64,000 nucleotides of DNA from Bryobacterales bacterium (GTDB taxonomy: Bacteria; Acidobacteriota; Terriglobia; Bryobacterales; UBA6623), in the NCBI GenBank assembly GCA_965242625.1, contig CBDEST010000005.1, forward strand, positions 1,211,257 to 1,275,256. Reading direction: 5' to 3'. Shown here in pieces: positions 27,730 to 35,558 of the stretch. A model generated the notes under the pieces. The model saw only the letters and a program-made list of their open reading frames with translations. It did not search any database and had not been told where the DNA came from. A program made the translations under genes and the position numbers. Positions within the stretch are counted from its first letter, which is position 1; each line of letters begins with the position of its first letter.

Positions 27730-30534
27730 ATGCGATTGACGTGGAGCGAGATTCGTGTTCGGGCCACTCAGTTCGTCAAGGCATGGCAGGATACCTCCTA
27801 CGGGAGTCGCGAGGCGCACAACTTTTACAACGATTTCTTCGATGTCTTCGGGGTAACTCGCGGTTCCGTCGCACGATACGAGGAATATGGTCGCAAACTC
27901 GACAATCGTGCGGGATACATCGATTTGTTCTGGCCGGGCGTGCTCTTGGTCGAACAGAAGAGCAGCGGACGCGACCTCGCAAGAGCCTATTCGCAAGCGA
28001 GCGAGTGCTTCGACGCGCTCCCCGAGCGCGAGCGGCCGCGCTACATCTTGGTGAGCGACTTCCAGTCCTTCGAACTGCACGACCTCGACGATACTCGTGA
28101 ATTCAGGTTCGCACTTGAAGATTTCCCGAATTATGTCGAGAAGTTCGGATTCATCGTTGGAGTCCAGCCGCGAACCTTCCGGGACCAAGATCCCGTCAAC
28201 ATCCAAGCGGCAGAGATCGTTGGAGCGTTGCACGATTCGCTTGAAGAGTCTGGCTACCGGGGAACCGACCTCGAGCGGTTCCTCGTGCGAATCGTTTTCT
28301 GCCTGTTCGCCGACCATACCGGCATTTTCGACCAGCGCGGCGCATTCGCCGAGTGCATCGAGACCAGAACCAATGTTGACGGCACTGGTCTGGGCGGATA
28401 CGTGGCCGAATTGTTTCAAGTCCTGAACACTCCCGAAGCGCACCGCCAGCGGCAATTGGATGACGACCTTGCCGGCTTCCCCTACGTCGACGGCGATCTG
28501 TTCCGGGAGAAGCTCGAGATTCCGGCGTTCAACTCGGCGATGCGCCGGCAGTTGCTGGATGCGTGTCGCTTCGATTGGTCCAAGATCTCGCCCGCGATCT
28601 TCGGGGCTCTGTTTCAATCCGTGATGGATGCGCACCAGCGCCGGGCGCAAGGAGCGCACTACACCACCGAGCGGAACATCCTCAAGGTGATCGAGCCGCT
28701 GTTCCTAGATGACCTCAAGGCGGAATTGCAGCAGATCAAGCTTCTCCGGCGCAGGCGCACGCAAAAACTGCGGGTGTTCCAGGGAAAACTCGGGCGGCTG
28801 ACCATCTTCGATCCCGCCTGCGGGTGCGGCAACTTCCTGATCATCGCCTACCGCGAACTGCGGTCGTTGGAGATCGAGGTGATCCGGGAGTTGATGGCCA
28901 CTACGGGCCGGTCAGGCCAGTGGCGCCTCGACGCGACGCAATTGTCGGTGGTGAACGTGGACCAATTCCATGGGATCGAGATCGGGGAGTTCGCGGTTCG
29001 CATCGCCGAGACTGCCCTATGGATGATGGACCACATCCTCAACAATCAACTGAGCTTGGAGTTCGGCGAGACGTACGTGCGGATTCCGCTGGCGAAGTCG
29101 CCGCACCTGATTTGCGGCGACGCTCTGGAGATCGACTGGGCGGATGTCTTGCCTCCCGCTGACTGCTCCTTTGTGTTGGGCAATCCGCCGTTTGGCGGGT
29201 TCGTCCAGCGGGGCGCTCCCAAGCAGGAGCGTACCGGGGAGGTCCTTGCCCAACTGGGAGCCACGGGCGGGCGCTTGGATTACGTGACGGCGTGGTTCTT
29301 GAAGGCCGGCGAGTACTTCCGCGGCCAGTCGGCGCGGGTTGCTTTCGTCGCCACGAATTCGATCACGCAAGGCGAGCAAGTGTCGCAGTTCTGGCCGGCG
29401 CTCTTCAAGCGGTACGGACTGGAAATCGCTTTCGCGCATCGCACCTTCGCGTGGGGATCCGATGCGCGGGGAGCGGCGCGCGTGCATGTGGTCATCGTGG
29501 GCTTGACCGACCGAAAGTCGGCGCCGGCGAAGCGACGGCTATTCCTGTACGAGAACGCTAGGGAGGATGCCGAGGAGACTGCGGCTGATTCGATCGGTCC
29601 GTATCTGATCGATGCCAGCCGATTGCGTGACGCCCAATTGGTGGTGGAACGCCGTAGAAGCCCGCTGTCGGGCTTTCCCGGCATTTGCGTCGGAACCAAG
29701 CCCGTGGACGGGGGGCATTACATCTTGGACCGCGACCAGCGCGCGGAACTCTTGGAGCGCGAGCCCGGGGCTGCGAAGCTAATTCATCCGTTCCTGGGTG
29801 GCCACGAGCACATCAATGGCCGGAAGCGCTGGATCTTGGTGGCCTCGGAGGGGTCTGCGTCTGAATTGAGGTCGCTGCCGCACGTCATGCGCCTCGTCGA
29901 AGCTGTGCGGAAGTACCGCGCGAGCGAAGCTGGAAACCTGGGCCGGTCGCTTTCCGATAACCCGATGCAGTTCCACGTGACCGTGATTCCTGACGCTGAG
30001 TTCCTAGTGATCCCGGAGGTCAGCTCGGAACGCCGGAAATACGTCCCGATCGGATACCTGAAACCGCCGGTCATTCCAAGCAATCAGCTTCTGGTCGTCG
30101 AGAACGCGAAACTGCAGCACTTCGCAATGTTGACGTCCGCCATGCACATGGCATGGCTCCGGCTCACGGGAGGACGGCTCGAGAGCAGGCTTCGCTACTC
30201 GAGCGGACTCGTCTACAACACCTTCCCCGTTCCGCGAGAGTCGCCCGACCTGTCGCAACTCGAACCTCATGCGCAGGCGGTGCTTGAGGCTCGCGCCGCC
30301 CATTCCGGAGAGTCTCTTGCGGCTCTATACGATCCGAGCGTGATGCCGCAGCCGCTCCGTCGCGCTCACGCAGAGCTTGACCGCGCCGTGGACCGGCTCT
30401 ATCGGAGAGCGGCCTTCACATCGGAACTCGAGCGTGTCGAGCACCTTCTCTCGCTTTACGAAGAGTTGAGCACTCCGCTGAGCACTGACGCGCACCGGAA
30501 GCGGAGACGCAAGCCCGGTGCCGCATCCCAATGA
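27730..30534 (+). CDS. MmeI-like single-chain type IIL/IIG restriction-modification enzyme (YeeA-like)
   Basis: N-terminal nuclease IDLFWPGVLLVEQKS, GAHYT, DPACGCGNFL (SAM binding), GNPPF (N6-adenine MTase), and target-recognition region VSSERRKY...GRLESRLRYS...VYNTFP. Confidence 0.9.
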   Translation: MRLTWSEIRVRATQFVKAWQDTSYGSREAHNFYNDFFDVFGVTRGSVARYEEYGRKLDNRAGYIDLFWPGVLLVEQKSSGRDLARAYSQASECFDALPERERPRYILVSDFQSFELHDLDDTREFRFALEDFPNYVEKFGFIVGVQPRTFRDQDPVNIQAAEIVGALHDSLEESGYRGTDLERFLVRIVFCLFADHTGIFDQRGAFAECIETRTNVDGTGLGGYVAELFQVLNTPEAHRQRQLDDDLAGFPYVDGDLFREKLEIPAFNSAMRRQLLDACRFDWSKISPAIFGALFQSVMDAHQRRAQGAHYTTERNILKVIEPLFLDDLKAELQQIKLLRRRRTQKLRVFQGKLGRLTIFDPACGCGNFLIIAYRELRSLEIEVIRELMATTGRSGQWRLDATQLSVVNVDQFHGIEIGEFAVRIAETALWMMDHILNNQLSLEFGETYVRIPLAKSPHLICGDALEIDWADVLPPADCSFVLGNPPFGGFVQRGAPKQERTGEVLAQLGATGGRLDYVTAWFLKAGEYFRGQSARVAFVATNSITQGEQVSQFWPALFKRYGLEIAFAHRTFAWGSDARGAARVHVVIVGLTDRKSAPAKRRLFLYENAREDAEETAADSIGPYLIDASRLRDAQLVVERRRSPLSGFPGICVGTKPVDGGHYILDRDQRAELLEREPGAAKLIHPFLGGHEHINGRKRWILVASEGSASELRSLPHVMRLVEAVRKYRASEAGNLGRSLSDNPMQFHVTVIPDAEFLVIPEVSSERRKYVPIGYLKPPVIPSNQLLVVENAKLQHFAMLTSAMHMAWLRLTGGRLESRLRYSSGLVYNTFPVPRESPDLSQLEPHAQAVLEARAAHSGESLAALYDPSVMPQPLRRAHAELDRAVDRLYRRAAFTSELERVEHLLSLYEELSTPLSTDAHRKRRRKPGAASQ

Positions 30535-30631
30535 AGCATTCGGCCTTCCCCGAGGCACCGAACGCCGTTTCGAGGGAACGTTCGCTCGGCGGGGCAACTT
30601 TCGGAGACGATCCGGGCGCGCAATCGGGGCG

Positions 30632-31702
30632 CTACGGAATCCCCGAAGCAGTTGGCAATCCGAAACCATCCGCGGCAGCCCGCACGCCCGCCAGAATCGC
30701 CTGCGCTAGGACATCGGCCGCCAGCGCTCCGATCATCCCGACAAGTCGTGCATTCGCCTCGCGGCCTCCCGTTCCCAACGCAAACACCGTGTCACCGTCG
30801 AACGGCATATGCGCCGGTTGAACCGCCCTTGCCAAGCCATCCTGGGCCATCTGAGCCACTTTGGTGGCTTGGGCCTTTGTCCAAGACACGTTAGCCGCGA
30901 CCACTCCCAAGGTGGTGTTCCCCGCAGCCGGCGGGGAACTCCAAGTCCCTCTCCGCAGCGCTTCCATGCTGTCAGCGAAGCCAACACCGTCCGAGTCACG
31001 CGCCCCGGCCACGATGGCGCCGCGGGCCGGGTCGACAATGTCACCCAGCGCGTTCACTGCGGCTAGGGCACCAACCACCAAGCCATCGGGAAGCGCGATC
31101 GCGGCAGATCCAAGACCCCCGCGCATGGCCCGCTCCAGACCGAACATCTTCCCGACCGACGCGCCGGCTCCCGCGCCGACACTCCCCACAGCTACCGGCT
31201 CGGAGGAAGCCGACTCGGCGGCTAGGAACCCCGACTCGGCGTTCGGACGAACCGTCGGATCGCCGACTCCCAAATCGAACAGGATCGCTGCCGGCACGAT
31301 CGGCACGACACTGCCGCCGACCGGGAATCCGACGCCCTCTCCCTCCAAGAACCGCATGACACCGTCGGCGGCCGCCAAGCCGTACGCGCTTCCGCCGGAC
31401 AGCACGACCGCATGCACGCTCTCGACGCTCGCTTCGGGCCTGAGCAAATCCGTTTCGCGAGTCCCCGGACCGCCGCCACGCACATCGACTCCGGCGACTG
31501 CGCCGCCACGCGTCAACACCGCCGTGCAACCGGTCGAACCGGAAGCATGCGTCCAGTGCCCTACCCGAACTCCGCTCACTGCCGTCAACGTGGAATTCAT
31601 GCGACTGTCCGCGCCCAAGACCCATGGCGCGAACCCAAGGCTCGCGCCGCAGCACAGCACCCTTCGCCGCGAAATGCTTCCCTCGGTTTCGGAGCAGGGC
31701 AT
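30632..31702 (-). CDS. Peptidase family S58 / P1 (DmpA-like aminopeptidase)
   Basis: TGCTAV, RGGGPGTRETDLL, LSGGSAYGL, GNTT and FDGDTVF. Start at 31702 (Tat-like SRRRVL) or 31600. Confidence 0.88.
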   Translation of the reverse strand: MPCSETEGSISRRRVLCCGASLGFAPWVLGADSRMNSTLTAVSGVRVGHWTHASGSTGCTAVLTRGGAVAGVDVRGGGPGTRETDLLRPEASVESVHAVVLSGGSAYGLAAADGVMRFLEGEGVGFPVGGSVVPIVPAAILFDLGVGDPTVRPNAESGFLAAESASSEPVAVGSVGAGAGASVGKMFGLERAMRGGLGSAAIALPDGLVVGALAAVNALGDIVDPARGAIVAGARDSDGVGFADSMEALRRGTWSSPPAAGNTTLGVVAANVSWTKAQATKVAQMAQDGLARAVQPAHMPFDGDTVFALGTGGREANARLVGMIGALAADVLAQAILAGVRAAADGFGLPTASGIP

Positions 31703-31731
31703 ACCGCGACCGCAACGCCGTGCGGCGTCGC

Positions 31732-31737
31732 TATAAT
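31732..31737 (+). promoter_or_regulatory. -10 box of a probable leaderless promoter
   Basis: TATAAT lies 8 nt before ATG 31746 and the spacer (TCTCTCCC) has no Shine-Dalgarno sequence. Confidence 0.6.
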
Positions 31738-31745
31738 TCTCTCCC

Positions 31746-33020
31746 ATGGGACTGCCCGTCCTCTACGAAGTCCGCCAGAACTTCCCGGATCGATCGTTGC
31801 GCGATGTTTACGCGGCCGTTCGCGGAGAAATGGACGGTGCCGACTGGGTCCGCGCGATTCCGGCAGGCAGCCGGGTAGCGGTCGGCGTGGGCAGCCGGGG
31901 AATCGCCAATATCGACGCCATCGTCAAGGGAGTCATTGACTCTTGGCTGGACCGAGGCGTGAACCCGTTCATCATCCCGGTCATGGGCAGCCATGGCGGC
32001 GGCACGGCGGAAGGCCAGCGCGAGGTGCTCGCCCATTACGGGATCACCGCTGCCTCGATGGGCGCGCCGGTGGTGAGTACGCTGGACGTCGTTCCGATCG
32101 GCGAGTCCGCGAGGGGCATCGCCGTGTCCATGGACAAGGCGGCTTGGGAAGCCGATGGAGTCATGCTCTGCAGCCGCGTCAAGTGGCATACCGGCTTCGA
32201 CGGGCGCTTGGAAAGCGGCGTTCACAAGATGATGGCCATCGGCCTCGGCAAATGGGAGGGGGCCAAGCGCTACCACCGCTGGGGCGTGCGGATCGGCTTG
32301 GAAGAGGTCATCCGGGAAGTCGGGCGCGTGATGCTGGACACGGGCCGCATGCTGGGCGGGCTGGCGATCTTGGAAGGCGCCCATCACGAAACGGCCGAAG
32401 TCCACGCGATCGGGGCCTCCGAGATGGTCGCGCGCGAGGAAGCGCTGCTCGAGAGGGTCAAGTCCTGGAAGGCGAACATTCCCGTCAAGCAGTGCGACCT
32501 GCTCATCGTGGACGAGATCGGGAAGAACATTTCCGGGTCCGGGATGGACACCAAGGTGATCAACCGTTCGTGGATGGGACGGAACTGCTGGCCGGACCTG
32601 CCGCGCTTCGAGCGCATTTTCGCCCGCAGCCTGACTCCGCATGGCGGCGGCAACGCCGTGGGCATCGGATTGTGCGACATCATTCACGACCGCCTATTCC
32701 ACGCTGTCGATTTCAGCAAGACCTGGATCAACTCGCTGACGGCGTCGAGCACGATCGGCTGCATGTGCCCGCCGCACTTCGCAACGGATCGCGAGTGCAT
32801 CGAGAAGATTCTCGCGACCTGCGGCCGGGACGATATCTCCGAGTGCAGCGTCGTGCGCATCCGCAACACGATGGAACTGGGCAGCCTGCAGGCGAGCGAG
32901 AACCTGCTGGACGAACTGTCCCAGCTCTCGTGGGTCGAGTGCGGCGGAACTGCGGAACCCCTCGAATTCGACGGAAACGGGCAACTCCTCGACGCCGTGC
33001 CGGTCGAGACCGCTGCGTAG
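31746..33020 (+). CDS. LarA-like / DUF2088-DUF362 domain protein
   Basis: GVGSRGIANI, PVMGSHGGGTAEGQ, RVKWHT, ESGVHKMMAIGLGK and GKNISGSGMD. Confidence 0.8.
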   Translation: MGLPVLYEVRQNFPDRSLRDVYAAVRGEMDGADWVRAIPAGSRVAVGVGSRGIANIDAIVKGVIDSWLDRGVNPFIIPVMGSHGGGTAEGQREVLAHYGITAASMGAPVVSTLDVVPIGESARGIAVSMDKAAWEADGVMLCSRVKWHTGFDGRLESGVHKMMAIGLGKWEGAKRYHRWGVRIGLEEVIREVGRVMLDTGRMLGGLAILEGAHHETAEVHAIGASEMVAREEALLERVKSWKANIPVKQCDLLIVDEIGKNISGSGMDTKVINRSWMGRNCWPDLPRFERIFARSLTPHGGGNAVGIGLCDIIHDRLFHAVDFSKTWINSLTASSTIGCMCPPHFATDRECIEKILATCGRDDISECSVVRIRNTMELGSLQASENLLDELSQLSWVECGGTAEPLEFDGNGQLLDAVPVETAA

Positions 33021-33102
33021 GGCCGCGTCTCGGGCGCCGACACACCGCGGAAGCTTCGCACGGCTAAGATAGGAAGCGGAAGGCGTTGGCTCGGTTGCTT
33101 CC

Positions 33103-34104
33103 ATGCCCACGGCAAAGATCGCCCCGCTCTCGAGAGCCGAGCTGTTCGCCTTGGTAGGGGCGGATCTCCGTCGCGTCGACAAGGTCATCGGCACCGAGAC
33201 CATCTGCTGCGCTGACGTGGTCACCGCGATCAGCGCGCACCTGACTGCCAGCGGCGGCAAGCGCTTGCGCCCGGCGCTGGTGCTGCTCGCCTCCCGGGCG
33301 TGCGGCGAGACCGGCGACGCGCCGATCCGTCTCGCCGCGGTGATGGAACTCATCCATGTCGCGACGCTGGTCCACGACGACGTGATCGACGGGGCCGCGG
33401 TGCGACGCGGCGAGCCGTCGGCGAACGCGATCTGGGGCAATCAGGTCAGCGTGCTGGCCGGAGACTGGCTCTACATGCAAGCCTTCAGCCTCGCCGTGCG
33501 GGAGCGTAACTTCGCCATTCTCGACCTGCTAGTCGATCTGACCCAAATGATGGTCGAAGGCGAGCTCATGCAGGCCGAACTGATCGGGCGGCTCGACATC
33601 ACCGAGCACCAGCACCAGGACTTGATCCATCGCAAGACCGCCTGCCTGCTTGCGGCCTGCAGTCGCTTGGGGGCGCTGCTGGCCGGTCGCGACGAGCGCA
33701 CCGAGGAACGCTTGCGAGACTACGGGTGGAACCTAGGGATGGCCTTCCAGCTCGTCGACGACGTGCTTGATTTCGAAGCCAGCGAAGCCTCTCTCGGCAA
33801 GCCCGTGGGCAACGACCTCAAGGAAGGCAAGGTCACGCTGCCGCTCATCCTGGCGCTGGGATCCTGCACCCGCGCGGAACGCTCGCAAGTGGAGACCGTG
33901 ATCCGGCAGCGCGGCTACGAGTCCGTCTCGCTGGAGAGCATCTTGGAAATCCTGGACCGCTACGACGCGCTCGGCGAGGTTCGCCGACGGGCGCGCGGCT
34001 ATTGCGAAGCGGCCCTCGAGGGTCTGGAGACCTTGGAAGACAGTCGCTACAAGCGCGCTCTGCACGACGCCGCGCTGCTGTGGGCCGCGGGCCGGGTCAG
34101 CTAG
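33103..34104 (+). CDS. ispB: Long-chain polyprenyl diphosphate synthase (IspB-like)
   Basis: GGKRLRP, HDDVID, AFQLVDDVLD and GKPVGNDLKEGKVTLP. Confidence 0.88.
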   Translation: MPTAKIAPLSRAELFALVGADLRRVDKVIGTETICCADVVTAISAHLTASGGKRLRPALVLLASRACGETGDAPIRLAAVMELIHVATLVHDDVIDGAAVRRGEPSANAIWGNQVSVLAGDWLYMQAFSLAVRERNFAILDLLVDLTQMMVEGELMQAELIGRLDITEHQHQDLIHRKTACLLAACSRLGALLAGRDERTEERLRDYGWNLGMAFQLVDDVLDFEASEASLGKPVGNDLKEGKVTLPLILALGSCTRAERSQVETVIRQRGYESVSLESILEILDRYDALGEVRRRARGYCEAALEGLETLEDSRYKRALHDAALLWAAGRVS

Positions 34105-35539
34105 CCGTGCCCGACGCCCACAAGTCATGCACCGGGGCGTAGGCGTCGTCCTCGGCCAGCGGCACGTAGTAGAAGCCGCGATCCAGCGGGTCGTCGTACC
34201 GGATCGTTGTCCAGTCGATGCCCAGGGCCGAGTAGATCGTCGCCTCGATGTCCTCGGGCCGGATATCGCGATCACGCGACCAGCCGGGCTCGGTCGTGAA
34301 GGCCCCGGGCCCTTTGCCGCCTTGATCGTTCGTCGCGCCCATGACGCGGCCGCCCTGCACGCCCCCGCCGGCGAGCACGAAGAACATTTGCAGGTAGTGA
34401 TCGCGGCCGTTGCGCCCTGAGGAAAGCGGCCCGGGAGTCCTCCCGAATTCGCCGCAGACCACCACCAGCGTCTCGTCGAGCTTTCCGGAAGCGTCGAGGT
34501 CCTCGATCAAAGCCGCGAAGGCCGGATCGAACTCTTCGGTCTGCTGGTAGATGCTCCGAGCGGTGGGAGGGCTGTCGAGGTTGTAAATGTCGCCGTGGTG
34601 GTCCCAGCCTTGCGATTCGACTTGGATGAAGCGCGTGCCTTGGTCTTGCTCGACGATCTTTCGCGCCGTGAGCATGGCGTTCCCGAACGGCGTGCCGCCG
34701 TAGCGGTCGCTCTCTTCCTCGCTGTAGCTGAAGGCCGCCTCGATCGCGGGACTCAGCATCATGCGGCGCGCGTTCTCGTACAGGCCGCCCATGCCGGTCG
34801 CGTGCGCGCCGAACGGCGAGGCGTCGCCGCGCAGCTCGCTGTCCAGGCCCTGCAGCAATTCCCAGCGCCGATGGAACCTGCCGATGCCGGGTCGATGGGT
34901 CGCCGCGGCCAAGCCGGCGGCCGACGGCTCGGTCTGGAATGGCCCGTACTCGACCGGGAAGTAACCGGCCCCGCTGATGTTGCGCGCGCGGATCGAGATG
35001 AAGCCGGGAAAGGCTTGGTCCGGGCTCCGCTCGGCTTCCTTCTCGATGGCCACGACGCTGCCGATATGCGGCGCGATCCTGCCGCTGACGGAGGTCGGGT
35101 TGCGGCCGATCTGCATCCAGGTCTGCGCGAGCGGATGCGCGCGAGCCCAAGCGAGGCCCGACCGAATGATGGCGATCTTCGAGAGCACCCTCGACGTGTT
35201 CCCGAGCAAGCGCATCGGTACCGTCACGCCGTCGAACGTCTCGGGTTGGAAGTCCGTCGGCGTCACGCCCGGGATGTTCTTGAAGTCGAAGGTGTCCACG
35301 TGGCTGGGAGCGCCCCGCAGAAACACGAATATGACGCTCCGCGCCGTGCCCTTGGTCTGGACCGAACCTGCGGATTCGGTCGCTCCGCGAACCGGCCGGT
35401 CGGCTAGGAGGAACCCGCCGATTCCTGCGGCGGCGTGCTGGAAGAAGCACCTCCGGCTGACGTGGGGCCGCTCGAAGAACCAGCGGTGCTGCGGTTGGTG
35501 CTTCGCGACAAGCCTCTCGAATCGTTCGCGCTCGGTCAT
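34097..35539 (-). CDS. DUF1501 domain protein with Tat-like leader
   Basis: SRRCFF, GAPSHVDTFD, WDHH, GEFGRTP and GRDH. Confidence 0.9.
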   Translation of the reverse strand: MTERERFERLVAKHQPQHRWFFERPHVSRRCFFQHAAAGIGGFLLADRPVRGATESAGSVQTKGTARSVIFVFLRGAPSHVDTFDFKNIPGVTPTDFQPETFDGVTVPMRLLGNTSRVLSKIAIIRSGLAWARAHPLAQTWMQIGRNPTSVSGRIAPHIGSVVAIEKEAERSPDQAFPGFISIRARNISGAGYFPVEYGPFQTEPSAAGLAAATHRPGIGRFHRRWELLQGLDSELRGDASPFGAHATGMGGLYENARRMMLSPAIEAAFSYSEEESDRYGGTPFGNAMLTARKIVEQDQGTRFIQVESQGWDHHGDIYNLDSPPTARSIYQQTEEFDPAFAALIEDLDASGKLDETLVVVCGEFGRTPGPLSSGRNGRDHYLQMFFVLAGGGVQGGRVMGATNDQGGKGPGAFTTEPGWSRDRDIRPEDIEATIYSALGIDWTTIRYDDPLDRGFYYVPLAEDDAYAPVHDLWASGTAS

Positions 35540-35558
35540 GCCAGTTCCCCTGTGTCGC

